Assembly: GCA_049724395.1 (NCBI GenBank)
Contig: JAUGWO010000023.1
Span: forward strand, 372,001 to 436,000
Direction: 5' to 3'
Length of the DNA stretch: 64,000 nucleotides
Source of the DNA: Spongospora subterranea f. sp. subterranea
Lineage: Eukaryota
Shown here: piece after piece, positions 17,622 through 31,039 of the stretch
Position numbering within the stretch: position 1 is the first letter of the stretch
How the letters are laid out: each line of letters starts with the position of its first letter
Notes under the pieces: model-generated
Databases searched by the model: none
What the model saw: the letters and a program-made list of their open reading frames with translations, nothing else
Told to the model about the DNA's origin: nothing
Position numbers and translations under genes: made by a program

Positions 17622-19007
17622 AACGCCGCCATCCGATAAGAGAAATGCAAGCCATCTCGTATAATGTAGACATATGATGAATTTTCAGAACAAAGGGCAT
17701 TTCCCCCGTTATCTAGTCGAATCAATATTGCAGTATAGAATGATAATCAATTATTATCGAGCTTATTGTGATGCCTGCCAAACGATTTGCTTTGGTAATA
17801 GCGTCGGTTGGACATGCAGGGACTGAAGATTATACCTCGGTGATCAACAGCTTGTTATAGGGACCTACTGAAGCGAGGTTCCATGAGCCTTGGCACGAAG
17901 GGTGCGAGCAAAAGCGAGTCTCAAGAAAAGGGAACAGAGAAAAAACTTGTTGATATTATAGCTATGGAGGAGATAGCAATATAGAGAAGCATCTGCCGTG
18001 TTCAAGCGTTCGATAACGTTTTCCAAATGCTGGCGATTCAAGTTCTGACTTGTCTCATTTCTAATCCTGTATTGTCAATGATAATTTGGGACAATCTAGG
18101 GTATCAAAAATGAACGAAGCAGGGTTTAGACGTTCTTCTTGTTTTTTATCTGAGAGTACCGTCCCAAATGATGATGTGACAATCCGTGATAGCAAAATTG
18201 TTGCAAACAGGGGAATAATGAGTTTTGGCTCATGATCATTTTCTCTGATCTCAAGGTGTCACAATGCTGATATGCGCGAGTGGCAACAACTGATATATTA
18301 CGGTATCAGAAATGCAGGATATCAAACTTAAATATTACAATTCCCAAAAATGAGCGTGTCACCAAAATGTGCGGCTTTGTCGGTGAACTGCAGACGCTCT
18401 GCCGGTTCTCGTAAATTTGGATAAGTTTTGTTGTCACCTCTTAGGACGCGTTGGGTGTCTATGCCTGACGATTTGTTAATGACATTCTTGGGGACTTGAA
18501 AGCTGAAACCGAGTTGGCAATCTTGAGCATGATTGCATCAGTCAGGGAAACAGTCAAGCAATAATTTCTTTGATATATTTTGCATATTACGACCATCACG
18601 CCGAATTTTCGGTTGAATGGTTTGCATCACTTTCAAATTGTCGATGTTTCCCCATATGCAAAATAAGCAGTTTAAGAAGCTGATGAATGGCACCGTGGGA
18701 ACAGTTCCATTAAAATGCTACGCCTGTTTCTTCTAACAACCCCTAGTCGGATTTCTGGTTCTTGATCAAATCGCTGATGCTGAGCTTTGCACTAACCCAA
18801 TTCCAGCAACGCCACCAGATTGTAAATATCCATTAGCGACTGCCCTTGTGAGGAATCGTAAAACCTGTCTATCTTTGTGACGACCCTGTCACCACCACCA
18901 TACTAATGCCAGCGTTGCATCTAGTCTACCACTTGCTGTTAACACATGTTTCAAATATCTGTTCGACCTGCTTATTCGGATATTCATCTCACAGGTCCTC
19001 ATTCACA

Positions 19008-20013
19008 ATGGTGACCCTGATTGTATGGTTATGGTTTTCTACGTTTGCCTTTGAGATTGTAATAGCTGCAGAACCCAGGGCGTTCTCGTCGTGTGGCAAC
19101 GGGCGTCGGGTCGTGGCGCTGACCTTTGACGACGGACCAGATCCGAAGTACGATAACATTGTTATGGCCGAACTGCGAGAGTTTAATGTCAAGGCAACAT
19201 TCTTCACAGCACCAGGATCCCGAGGCTATGATAATGGCGCTATGTGTCGCATGGCGTCAAAATTACGGGAAGAAGGGCATCAACTTGAAATGCACACAAT
19301 TGATCATGGTCACCTACCCAAAATGACGCTCAAACAGATTGATAAGGAGATGCGACAGTCGAAAGAATGGGTCAAGAATTGCACTGGGGGCCACGAACCA
19401 AAGTATTTCCGCCCTCCATATGGAGAACTCCTCCCAAAGCAAAGCACGGCACATATCAAACAAACTCGGTGAGTTTGTTTCACACTAAGCGGCTACTGAG
19501 ATTTTTCTCTGGATATTCGCTTACCAAGCGTTTAGTTGTTCATCTGAGTGATTTAATATTTGTTATAGGCCAAATTATATCAATGTGGAATGTGGAGAGT
19601 GACGATGCAGACGACGACACAAAACTCACCTCAGATGTAACTCAAACTCTGAATTTTGGCTATGATTGCCTCATACTCAACTCTTTGGGTTCCAGGCCAT
19701 TGTTCAACGCGTCATTGAAAGGTTTGAAAAGAACGTGGGCGTGGGCAACTCAGCTGTTATTCTCATGCACGACTTTTATGCTGGGCTGCGACCAAGTAAA
19801 CATCACCTATTCGCTGCGATTGAATTCATTAGCTGATCGTTACAATATTCGTTGCGTTTTCTCTTTTAGCTGTCGTAAGGAAGGTGATTAAATACTTCAA
19901 GAGTCATAAATATTCGTTCGTCACTGTTGATCAATGCTATGGGAGGTGTCGTCAAAGAGTCTGTAAGGGGTCTGGAGGTCCAACTCCTTATGAAAGACGT
20001 ATATGTTCCGTAA
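19008..20013 (+). CDS. Secreted NodB/CE4 polysaccharide (chitin) deacetylase, copy 2 (+1 indels near 19442 and 19994)
   Basis: MVTLIVWLWFSTFAFEIVIA signal-like start; LTFDDGP; HTIDHGH; YFRPPYG; WNVESDD; VILMHD; same intron layout as copy 1. Confidence 0.9.
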
Positions 20014-22099
20014 ATCCAACTGGCTCATTCAACCAGTCATGACATCATGTAATAATAAATGCACTATCCCATGGTATGAGGACCGCCCCAATGTGGACAC
20101 CAAGCGGGCCGGCGTCTACGGTTTGTTTTTTGTTGAAAATTGATCCATTAGGCCGTTGCGGTTTTTTGCAGTTAATGAAATGCTGGCATCTGGCTCAGTG
20201 GAGTGTCGATAACTACCGTTGGCCGACAAAAATCATCCTCGTGTGAAACGAGATGGGTGCCGCGATGGTTTGGACGAAGGAGCTCAGTGACATCAGCTTC
20301 ATGGAAAAAGGACTGAAGAATCAGGGTCGATTGTATCCAGAACACTTCTTGGGCCAGAAAGAGGAAGTCACTGCAGTAATTAAGGTGGTGATGGTGCATG
20401 TAAAGGCGACTTAGAGCTTCAGCGGCGCTGCTCGGACAATCAGGGTCGTCAAATGCCGGACAAAGCAAGAATTGTTGACTGTCGGCACCTCTGCGAGGAC
20501 GTTCTCACGGGCTAATTATAAGTGCACTTCAACTGAATAAAACCAACGCTGACGATTCAATGAAGACGATAAGAAGTAAACGCTTTTGACGTGAGAACGG
20601 CAGAACTTTTGTGGCAATCCTGTTGTTGGTTGATCGAGAGGTTGCGCAGAGAATGTCAAAGGAATATATAGGCTATCATGCATAAACAGAACTGTACCTT
20701 TATCCTATCTATGGGTCAGTCCAAGGAACAGGTGTTGAGGTTTGAACGCTCGCGCCGGGGTTAGGAAGTGGTGTCTGTCAATACCTCAGCCAAATTTAAA
20801 CCAGTTGATGAAATTACTGTAGAAAGATTTTTGATTGTTTTGCTACATGAAATTTCAGGAAGTAATTAATTTCGTTATTAATTCAATAATCATTTGTCAG
20901 TGCGAGTTAGTGTTTACTTGGTCGTTGCCTAATTCGCCCTCTTCTCCATTAGCGATGTACTCGCACATCTCCTCTTCTGTTCTCGCTGTGGATGAATACC
21001 ATTCGCGGCTGGCCGGATCCCAGAAAAGGGCATCGTTTCTGGCAGCTTCCCGCGAGGTGAATACACCACCCCGGCGCGAAACTGTCCTTCCAGGTTCCGA
21101 ATGGTAACGCCATCCGACCATGGAACTACCCTGTATCATAAGATCCTCCATTGTAAATGACAACATGAATGGAGGGGCACTATCGCTTTGGCTGGAGTCA
21201 ATGGTCATCGTTGTAAGTTAATATAAAAGTGAAAGTTACCATCAAAATTCTTTCAAATCCATAGCCAGGATAGTGCCAGGATCTATAATTTAGTGACTCA
21301 GACAGTAAAGTCAATCAAACACCTCGCTCATCTCCTGTTCCTGCCGCTGCTCAAGGCAAACTCTCAGCGATTTTACTCTATTGGCCCGGCTTTAAGCGGA
21401 AACTTTGCTGTTGGAGCAAAGGGCAGATTGAGCAATACCAACTCAGCGCATTGCTGGAGATCGCCAGGATTTCTGCACGGAGCCTCAGCAACGCCGCCAT
21501 TCGTAGCATTAGACTCTGACGGAAAAGAACAACAAGCACTGCGTTGAGGATCTGGCTGCGCTTTGCCTATACTGCATCAATTCTGATCAGTGAATCGCTT
21601 GATATCTCAGGGAGCTTCCACGAATAGTTACTCCAAAATTTAAATTAGGCCAGGTGCTCTTCAATCAAACAGGACTCATAGACTCGATGATTTTCAAAAA
21701 ACATTGCAAAAACGTATTGGTCATACGTTGTCCATAAACAATTTTGGGAGCAACATCGCTTTGTGATTTTGTATTGCTATCAGAGCATTGTGGAATACTC
21801 ATATATTCATCCCTCGGTATCGCTCGTCGCAGGATAATTGCATCATGACCCATGTCATTACATGATCTCAAACATGTGCATCAGAGTAATATCGTCACCA
21901 GCAGCAGCTCACAGCAACGATGCAGCGTCATCTACCCAATGCTGTAGTGTGCACTTGATCCCAGAGTCCTATTCACAAACTACATATCACGGCTATCAGT
22001 CTTAAATAAGTTCATAAGTGTGACCGTCTTGTTATCTGAGTTGATTACCCCTTCACTGATCCAGGTTGTGCTGTCTGCTCTTGTTTAGCAATAATCGAC

Positions 22100-23410
22100 A
22101 TGGGAAAAGTGGCGGTGGTGTGGGATTTTGATTGGTCGATGATCGATGAAAACACAGACAACTGGATCGTGGATGAACTTGGCGTTGGCGATCCTTCAAT
22201 TATAGAGTCTCTGAAAGATGCAACGCTGTTTCCTGTCTGGACCGATCGCGTCAACGATGCGATGCGTCGATTGCATCAGGACCGAAGTATTGGTCGTGAA
22301 GCCCTGCTCGTTAAGCTGGCACAGATTCCTTTCCATCCAGGAATGATCGCGGCGGTAACTTGTTTCGGCATTACCAAAAAATAACAACTGAATAACTAGC
22401 TGTTGTTCCTAGCATCGCTGAACTTTTTTTTCAAACTCTGTTCAGTGTTGCGCCACAATGCCATCTACACATGTTCAACACATATCAGCAGATAGATGAA
22501 ACCGATCTGGATAAATGCGACGTTTTTCATTCTGTTTTTATCGTTTATCGCCAATGCTGAAAGCCATTACTTTTTTCGAGACAAAAGTCTTCTGAATAAA
22601 AATTTAGTACTGTATTTTTCAGGTAAACATGCTTCATTCCATTGGCGCCTATCAGGTGATATTGTCGGATTCCAACTCCGAGTTCATCCGATGTGTGCTC
22701 GAGGCGCACGATCTCACCCAATTTATAAATGAAATCATAACGAACCCAGCTCATTTTGACGATTCAGGTAATCCACGTCCGATCAAACTCCTTTGTTTTG
22801 CGGTTTATTTCGATTGCGTTTTTGTTCGTGAATTGTAATGAAGATAGAATCGTTAGTCTTGATGGAAAATGTTTGGTTTATAGGTCGTCTCATAGTCCAG
22901 CGTCATCAACCAAGTTCCTCCCCACATGATTGCCCATTGTGCCCTCCTCAACTCTGCAAGGTCCTTTTTCAAATACTGCTTAAATTGTTGCTAACAGTCC
23001 ACCTAGGGAGCACAATTAACGAAGATCTTGAAGGTTGTATTAACTTTGTTTTTTATATACATTTTTGTTATATTCTGAGAAATTTCGATGATGCGATTGA
23101 AATTGTCATGCTGATGTTATTTGTTTCAGAGACTATCGGCTATCGAACGGCCAAAAGTCGTTTACGTTGGTGACGGGAATGGCGATTTATGCCCAAGCCT
23201 GCTGCTCCAGTAACCCGAGACATGCAGGGATTGAACAATTTCTCAATGACTTCGGTTCAACTGCACAGGAAAGGCGATGCTGTGTTTGCCCGTATCGGAT
23301 TTCCGCTATTATCACACCTACAACATAGCGATAGTGTGATGGCTGAAGTGATCCATTGGGAGAACGGCGATGATGCGCTGAGCAAAATGAAACGATTTCT
23401 GAATTTATAA
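22100..23410 (+). CDS. PHOSPHO1/PHOSPHO2-family HAD phosphatase (pyridoxal-phosphate/phosphoethanolamine type), multi-exon
   Basis: VVWDFDWSMIDENTD (DxD motif I); ILSDSNSEFI; IITNPAHFD; CPLCPPQLCK; VVYVGDGNGDLCP. Confidence 0.92.
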
Positions 23411-23678
23411 ACGGGATTTCTTATTGTTGTTAGGAACTTTGATGCCCAAGCTGGTTGGTCAGAAAGAGATCGGCATGGTTTCCTAACCAGATACTCAGGA
23501 TCTTAATTTTAAGGCAAGCAGGGATAATGGGCTGGCTGATCGGCTGCCGACGGCCAGTGTTGAGAGGATATGCGCGACCCACTGATTATGTTTCAATGCG
23601 TTGCCGTTGTACAGTACTATGGACTACGTTCCCCACTTTGTTTGTCTTCTCGGCTCCACTCAAGAAACACTTGTAAAC

Positions 23679-26208
23679 ATGGTTGCTGTGTTGGCGATGG
23701 TTTTGATGGCATCCTTGTTGATGGCTAAAGCGCACGATGCCTGCGATCATCCTGTGTTGAGAGCCACGCCTCTTTGCGACACAGAATTGACGCAAGAGCA
23801 GCGGGCGAAGCGATTCGTTAAACTGTTGACCCTTTCGGAGAAAGTATCCCAGATGGGAAATAATGCACCAGGGATTCCTCGTCTAGGGTTGCCTGAGTAC
23901 CAGTGGTGGAATGAAGCCCTGCATGGTATATTGCGTTTGATATTCCCCACCCCCTCTGAGCCAAAGCCTGCTTTAGGCGTGTTGCACGACTGCGTCGATG
24001 GGCGTTGCGCAACGTCTTATCCGTCCCCATTAGCTTTGGCTGCTAGCTTCAACACTGAACTCGTTGAAACAGTTGCCGACCAGATTTCATCCGAAGCACG
24101 AGCCTTTCATAAATACAGCCACGGTCAATACGGTTTGCAAGTATGGACGCCAAATGTAAACATTTATCGCGATCCTCGCTGGTATGTGCTGCCCGCACCT
24201 TCGCCTTTTCGAATCTTCGATCCTAAAGCCAGTTGCAATTCTTAGGGGACGTGGGCAAGTACGGTAGACAATTGTTTTGTCATCCATTTTGTTAATATAA
24301 CCGCCAGGAAACGCCCGGAGAATGTCCATTTTTAACGAGCCAATACGCTATTCGGTATCTCAGGGGAATGCAAGGAAGTCGGTACATGAGCTATCCTAAG
24401 CTACTTGCCACCGTAAAACACTTCGCTGTATACAGCGTTGAATCCGGTAGAGAGTACTTCAACGCAAAAGTAAGGAATGCAGAATGAGTTATTTTGGAAG
24501 CGTTCACTCTGACAATGGACAGGTATCCGACATTGATCTATACCAAACATATTTGCCGGCGTTCAAATCAAGTATCAAGTCAGGACGTGCTGGGTCAATT
24601 ATGTGCTCATATAACGAAGTCAATGGTGTTCCTTCATGTTCTAACGATGTTTTACTCAAAAAATTGCTAAGAGATCAATGGCAATTTGAAGGTTTTGTCG
24701 TTTCTGATTGGTAAGTGTTTTTTCCAACTGACAACGCTGCTGACTTCTTATTATAGTGACGCGATCAACGATATCAGCAACAGACATCATTTTGCCAATG
24801 ATTCTGCTCATGGGGCGGCATTAGCCCTGCGATCCGGGGTAGATTTAGATTGTGGGTCCAGTTATCAGTATCTGGAGGAAGTATGCATATCGAGAAAACA
24901 CGATGTTATTATATGATGATAATTGCTGTCCAGGCGGTGACACTTGGTCTGGTTGAGGAAGATGAGGTGGACAAGTCCCTGGCTAGACTACTTAGTGCCA
25001 GAATTCAACTTGGCCTCTTTGACCCTGCCCTCGACCAGGTATACAATCAAATTCCTTTGCAGATAATCAATTCAAAAAAACATCGAAATACTGCCCGCAG
25101 TGCAGCAGAACAATCCCTGGTCTTGCTGAAGAATGTAAATGGGAGTTTGCCATTGAAGGCGGATCGCGTTGAAACCATTTTGGTGACGGGGCCACATGCC
25201 TTGACTACCACAGAACTTTGCAGTAATTATATTGGCCAGCTTCCCCATGTTGTATCCGTCTATGAAGGAATCCGTAAAGCTTTTAAAAATGCTGAGGTGC
25301 GACATCTACCAGGATGCGGGATGACCGAGTACGATGAGATTGACGCTGAGTCCGCCATGCAAGCCGCAGCATCGTCACAGTTCACAATTGTCGCGCTGGG
25401 TTTAGATCAAACTCAGGAAGCAGAAGTAAAAATATTCAATCTCTTGTGCCTGATCTAAACTTTCTTATAGGGGCGCGATCGAGACCATATTGTATTTCCA
25501 GGAAAACAAGAGGAGTTCCTCAAGCAAATCGCCCAAGTTACATCGAACGTGATATTAGTGGTGGTGGGGGGCGGGTCCATTGATCTAACATGGGCTAAAG
25601 CGTCACTCTCTGTCCGTGCCATCATTTACGCCATGTATCCTGGAGAAGAAACTGGCAACGCCATCGCAAACGCCGTCGTGGGAAAATTTAGCCCCAGCGG
25701 TCGTCTACCGATCACAATATATCCTGCTGAGTACGCGAAGGACACCGATTTGTTCTCCATGGATATGCGATCCGGTTTAGGCAGGACATACCGATTTTAC
25801 AACGGAGAACCTGTTTTTCCATTCGGTTTCGGTTTGTCGTACACATCGTTCCATTATGAATGGGTTACCCCTCCAGCCAATTATACGCTATTAGAGCTGG
25901 ACGTTGGGATCCCTTTTGAGATAACTGTTCAGAATATTGGTAATGAGACTAGCGATCATTCAGTATTGGCGTTTATGGAGATGAATATCCAAGGATGCCC
26001 GCTCCGACAGCTGTTTGCTATTGATCGAGTTAGCGCATTGCCACCTGGTGAAAGAACCACTATAACAATGGAATGGAACCCGCATGCTGCAGGCTGTGTT
26101 GACGCGCATGGTATACCGTCGTTGCCTGAAGGAGCTTACCGACTTGTCGTGGGTAATTTATCCCACACAGTTGAGTGGAACGGCGATGCGTCAAAATTTA
26201 TGTCCTAA
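23679..26208 (+). CDS. Secreted GH3 beta-xylosidase/beta-glucosidase with C-terminal Fn3-like domain, multi-exon
   Basis: Signal MVAVLAMVLMASLLMAKA; WWNEALHG; WTPNVNIYRDPRW; KHFAVY; IMCSYNEVNGVPSC; nucleophile GFVVSD; LVLLKN; GRTYRFY; FPFGFGLSYT. Confidence 0.95.
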
Positions 26209-27260
26209 ATTTATTTCCCAGATCGGTCGTAATTTATAAAAAGTTTTTGAAGCAAAATTTGCGGGAAACAAACTGAAACGGTCGCGGCCCATAGTGGGTA
26301 CATCGACCAGACTGTAACACGGTATCTGATAAAACGCGGTGATGCAACACAAGCTTCGTTCAATAAATAGCTTCTATTAATGGCGTGAGATAATTAAAGC
26401 TGAAATTATGCGCATGACGAGTCATTAAGATGATTTCGATGATGTGCTTGCGGTGGAAGGATTTGCCACGCGGCATTTGCATTGAGGAGGCTGGGATCAA
26501 CTATCGGAGTCCAGGCGACAATGACAAACTGACTCAGCACTGAGCTGTTGAGAGCATCCTTGTTGATGTGCTAGGCTTGGCGACAAATACTTGTGAGTAT
26601 GCCAGCGTAGGTGTTTTTAATGCGTCTGGTTTTTGAACTTGTAATACTCGAAGAAACTGGAATTGCAATAGCGCCGAACTAAATAACCTTGCAGATGGTT
26701 TCTGGGATGTTTTGAAATGCTGGCGAGATCGGAGGAGTTACAATATTCTGACGGGGTTATCCCAATAATGTACGTATGACTAATTCTATGGGGTGTGACT
26801 ACGTCTCAAAAACAGAAATCAGATCATAGTTCCGATTCGAAAGTCAATCCCACTCCATCTGACAGCTGCGAAGCTCGTCTGCGAACTTCCTCAAGGTGAT
26901 TCTACTTGTATGATTTGCCAGGAGGAGAAGTAGAACGCATTTCGCAATCAATCGTTTTTATGCCCTGACAGGATAGAGAGTATGTTGAGATCGATGAAAG
27001 TCGCTCCTAGTCTTGAAGACATCCTGAAGGTTGTTGGCACCCATGATGTGGCCAGAGTTAGCCATCATACGACTTTTGTCCACGAGAGAGCAATTCCGCC
27101 GTATGGCAGTCAATTCGGGTAACTGCAACAATGCAACGTTACGCTGCTACAGTGGAATTAACTGATGTGTCCCCTTGATCAGTAATAATCTCCTTAAGTC
27201 CTCATCGTGAAAAACCAGAGTCACGTTGAGTCGCATTGAAGGAGTTGCAATATTGATCTG

Positions 27261-30200
27261 TTGATGTCCTTGGATCAAGAAAATATCACCGAGCGCCTGG
27301 CCATTTGTGATAGCGCCGGACCCTCATGCACGCTGACATTAACTGAGATCAAGCGTGTTGTTGAATTTGGCTTGGCGTCCGTCCGACAAGGTCTTGAAAA
27401 CGCTGCTGCCACGCCTGCAAATGAAAGGCATTATGTCCAGATGATGGTATCGATCGGGGCGGCGATGTCTCTGTCGTTGTACGGCAGAGTTGGAACATTG
27501 AGAGACCGAACTCGCCAATACGTGAAAGGATCAGTGCCTTCTCTAGAAGAGCAACTTCGATACATAGTAGAATATTGCCTATTCGCCGACGGGGAAGCAT
27601 CCCCAGCTGTGCTTGAAGAGCGCTTGTCAGGCTTAGACATGCAATTGCAAACTGAAATTGAGTTATTCCAGCAAGAAACCTCAATCAGGACACCAATCTC
27701 ACCTTCATGGATTTGGGCAGCCAATAACAGCAAAAGTTCTCATGAATCCTCAGAAACTGTAACTAAGAAGATTTCTTTTAAGGGACAGCTTAACCCTCTG
27801 CATAAGAACGCTGAGTTAGTATCATCACTGTCTAAACGTTCAGGTGAACAAGATGAGGTTTTCTCAAGACAGTTGGACTCATATCATATAGGTGGCATAA
27901 TCTCCAACCCTCGGCTTCCATCCTTCGGTGAAGAATCATTTGAAGAAACCACTGTCGAATATGACAGTGATAGCTCTTGTTTGGCAGCACCGAACGATGA
28001 GTTGCAAAAAACTCTAAAGGCGAACAATGCACTCAAACAAACACAAGCTCTTGATGGAATATTTGTAGATTTGCAATTTGCGGACCTACCGAAGCCTTAC
28101 GAAGTTGTTGAAGAGATTACAGATCATTGTAAAAGTATGCAATCAGGGATACTAGAGATAATTCAGCGGCTTGAACGTAAACCATCTCGTATTGCTGACG
28201 ATGCAACGAAAAAGAGGATCACTATGGGTTCAAAAATTTCTAGGCAAAATTGCCTCAATAGTGCATGGATTTGTTTGGGCTATCGAAAACGTCGATGTTC
28301 CGATTAAAACTAAGATCATGGAAACAGCGCTGGACCAATTATCAGAAAGGGCCAGCGATCTAACGAAACTCTTCGAAACTTTTGTATGTGAATATGGTAC
28401 GTGGGGCCGTTCCGAAACATTCATGGAGCTGAAACGAACACAGACGCCTTCTTGGTATATCTAAGGTCACCCCCGGAATACCCAGAAATGAATTTGGAGC
28501 GACCTTTGTTCGGCATTATTGGATTTTTGGAGCTCTTGGTCTTGCTCGTCAAGTCAATTCGCGCAAATCATGACGAAGAGCCCAGCGGGTTGCGACCAGT
28601 TATAGGAGATCTAGTCAAGCTGGGAAACCGGCAACCTTTAAGCGATTTACTCTGCCGGATTCGGTCTAGATACACATGTCTGTTCCGAATAACTGCATCA
28701 AAAACACACAGTAGCAGCTTCAGATCCAAGAGTTTTTTGACTTACGTCGCTCAAGACGACCGACGATTGTTGAGTAACAGCACACGACATATTATTTTTG
28801 GCGTGACGCTAAATGTGGATTAGGAATCGGTAAGGTACGACTTGCCAGGTTTTTCACCAAATTTTGGAAGTGGTACACAAAACCATCGAGCCTCTTCCTA
28901 TTCGATGACGTTCTGATTTGGACGGCTTTGGACAAGCCTGAGAAGATTTATGGAGGATTGCAGTTGTTTTGCGACTTACAAGTTTCGATACAAGGTCGCC
29001 GCAGTAAGACTCTCCAAATCAGTTCACCGCCTTGGAGCAACAATTCTTTCACCTCTGTTCGTTTTATTTGTTCCAATAAGGCTCAGTCTATTTTGTGGAT
29101 GATGCATATACAACGGACAGCTGCGATCCGCACACCTTCTCCTTCCAGTTTTGTTTGTACGCCCTCGTTTTCTGTTCAAGGTCCTTTTGACAGACACCAT
29201 AAGTAGTCAAAAATCATTTCTACGTCGCAATGTGCTAACGAACCTATTCAGTTTTCGAGTGGGTGTCGATTTGGTTTGGAGCGGTAAGCTTGACGATATT
29301 GTTCGGTTGGTGCGCCCTATTGGCTCCGGTTGCTTCGGCCCAGCATCACTTTGCATCTTTAAGGCAACACATGTATAATAGTATTGAATATCACTTGAAT
29401 TTCGTTCAAAAATGCTCGTTAGGCGGTTTGGGCAGTTGAGACCGTTAAAGCGGTGAATATGCAGACATTGAAGCGAGTTCTGAGGCCATTTGTTAACTTG
29501 ATGGATTCCGCTGTCAGTGATTACCGACAGGCCAGCTTCGTTTAAGTCAGTATTTAAACAGGTGGAATCTTTATTTGGAATCGGGGGTCCTGACCGAAAT
29601 GACAATTTTTGGATTCTGAAGGTAAGCTTCGTCGATTTAGGCATAGTAACTCAAAAAGTATGTGTAGGAATATGTTGAAGGAGGATCTTTGGCAAAACTG
29701 GCGGAATTGCAACCTCCAGACATGAGACAATCAGCATTAATCGCCAGAGGATTGCTAAATTCCTTGAGGGTAATCCATAGCAAAAACATGTCAGTCCATA
29801 GATTATCACGCAAAATACTTTAAATGACATTTCTCAGATGGTACGGGAACATTGACCTTGACAGTGTAGTGTTTACGGGCTCAGCAGAGGTAACCACGAA
29901 TATCAACTAGAAAAATGCAATCATCATACCAAGGTTGACTAGGTAAAATTATCCTTTCCAAGAAGATTGAAAATGGAAGTTATGCAATCAACTACAATCT
30001 CCATCACCGACGAAGAAATCAGACAATGCCAAAGCGCCGACATTCGGCTTTTAGGCTGCTTGATAGCGAAACTGGCATCACGACATCACGCTTGGGTAGA
30101 AAACAAGAAAGACCCAATGGAAATAAGTTCGGCTAGTTTCAAAAGACACCAATCAGAGTTCGTCGAATATTGTTTTCAAGAGCACACTACGCTGGAACAG

Positions 30201-30314
30201 CTACTTCAGCACAGTTTCGTGACTTTTGACAAGGAAACAGAAGTATGCGCTCAGAAAAGTTTGAGTAAGATTCTTCAAAACGCGAAAACGGTACGAGAAT
30301 TCGGTCGAATTTAA
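27261..30314 (+). CDS. Large multi-exon protein with a degenerate DH (RhoGEF)-like helical region followed by a PH-like domain; several frame disruptions, ends uncertain
   Basis: 348-aa ORF plus frameshifted continuations; AFLVYLRSPPEYPEMNLERPLFG...LLVLLVKSI resembles a DH C-terminus; LFLFDDVLIW...LQIS...RFICSNKAQSILWMMHI resembles a PH fold with its C-terminal Trp helix. Confidence 0.4.
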
Positions 30315-30385
30315 CAAAGCGGAGGTTTGGATCAACTAATGGAATATGATCTGAACTGTATTGAAGGTGGCAGGAAAAAATGCCA

Positions 30386-31039
30386 TTAAGATAGCTCCTT
30401 ATCAAGATGATAAAGCAATCCAGGAAGTGCTTTCGTATGCTTGCACTTTCGTGTAACTATAATATTGAGTTTTGAGATGGTGATGTAATCAGCGCAACAC
30501 AGAAATCATCTTACAGTGAGGTCATCTCGTCAATTTCGTCAACTTGTGTCATCTGAAATTCGTGCACGAACGAAGTGGTCATAGCATCATTTTCGTCTGA
30601 CGCCAATTTCGACAACGCCTTCAAGGAATGACCAACACCAACCTCCAGTTCCAGCAGGGTCTTGAAGACGTCTGAAGCTTTCTTCCATGGCGAGTCGTCC
30701 ACGGCGTCAACATGACCGGTTTGGGCCTTGGCGCCACGCTTTTGAATGTAGGAGAAAATCTTCAAGCCATGATCGCGTTCGTTTCTGCCAGATATAATCA
30801 GACCGATAGGACGAAAAATTATAGGTGTTATATTACCCAGCTTCCAAGGTCAAAAATGAGGCAATACCGTCGTAGTTCTTATTTTTGAACCAGAACGACG
30901 CCGCCTAAAGATCTTGAGAACTGTGGTAAAAACTACTATTTATCCATACCAAGTAGACTTGGGAAGCGGTGAACTCTTCTTGCGCTTTTGCGTTGAGAGC
31001 ATCGATCATGCTCTCGCTCATGGCAAAAGATAACGGCAT
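30386..31039 (-). CDS. Non-heme ferritin of prokaryotic (FtnA-like) type, 4 exons (+1 indel near 30432)
   Basis: MSESMIDALNAKAQEEFTASQVYL | AASFWFKNKNYDGIASFL...ERDHGLKIFSYIQKRG...LELE...QVDE | ...GLLYHLDKELS* after removing one A. Confidence 0.88.

Noticed and set aside
20835..21871. Possible minus-strand multi-exon gene
   Set aside because: Only a 103-aa fragment looks coding; no motif and no reliable gene model
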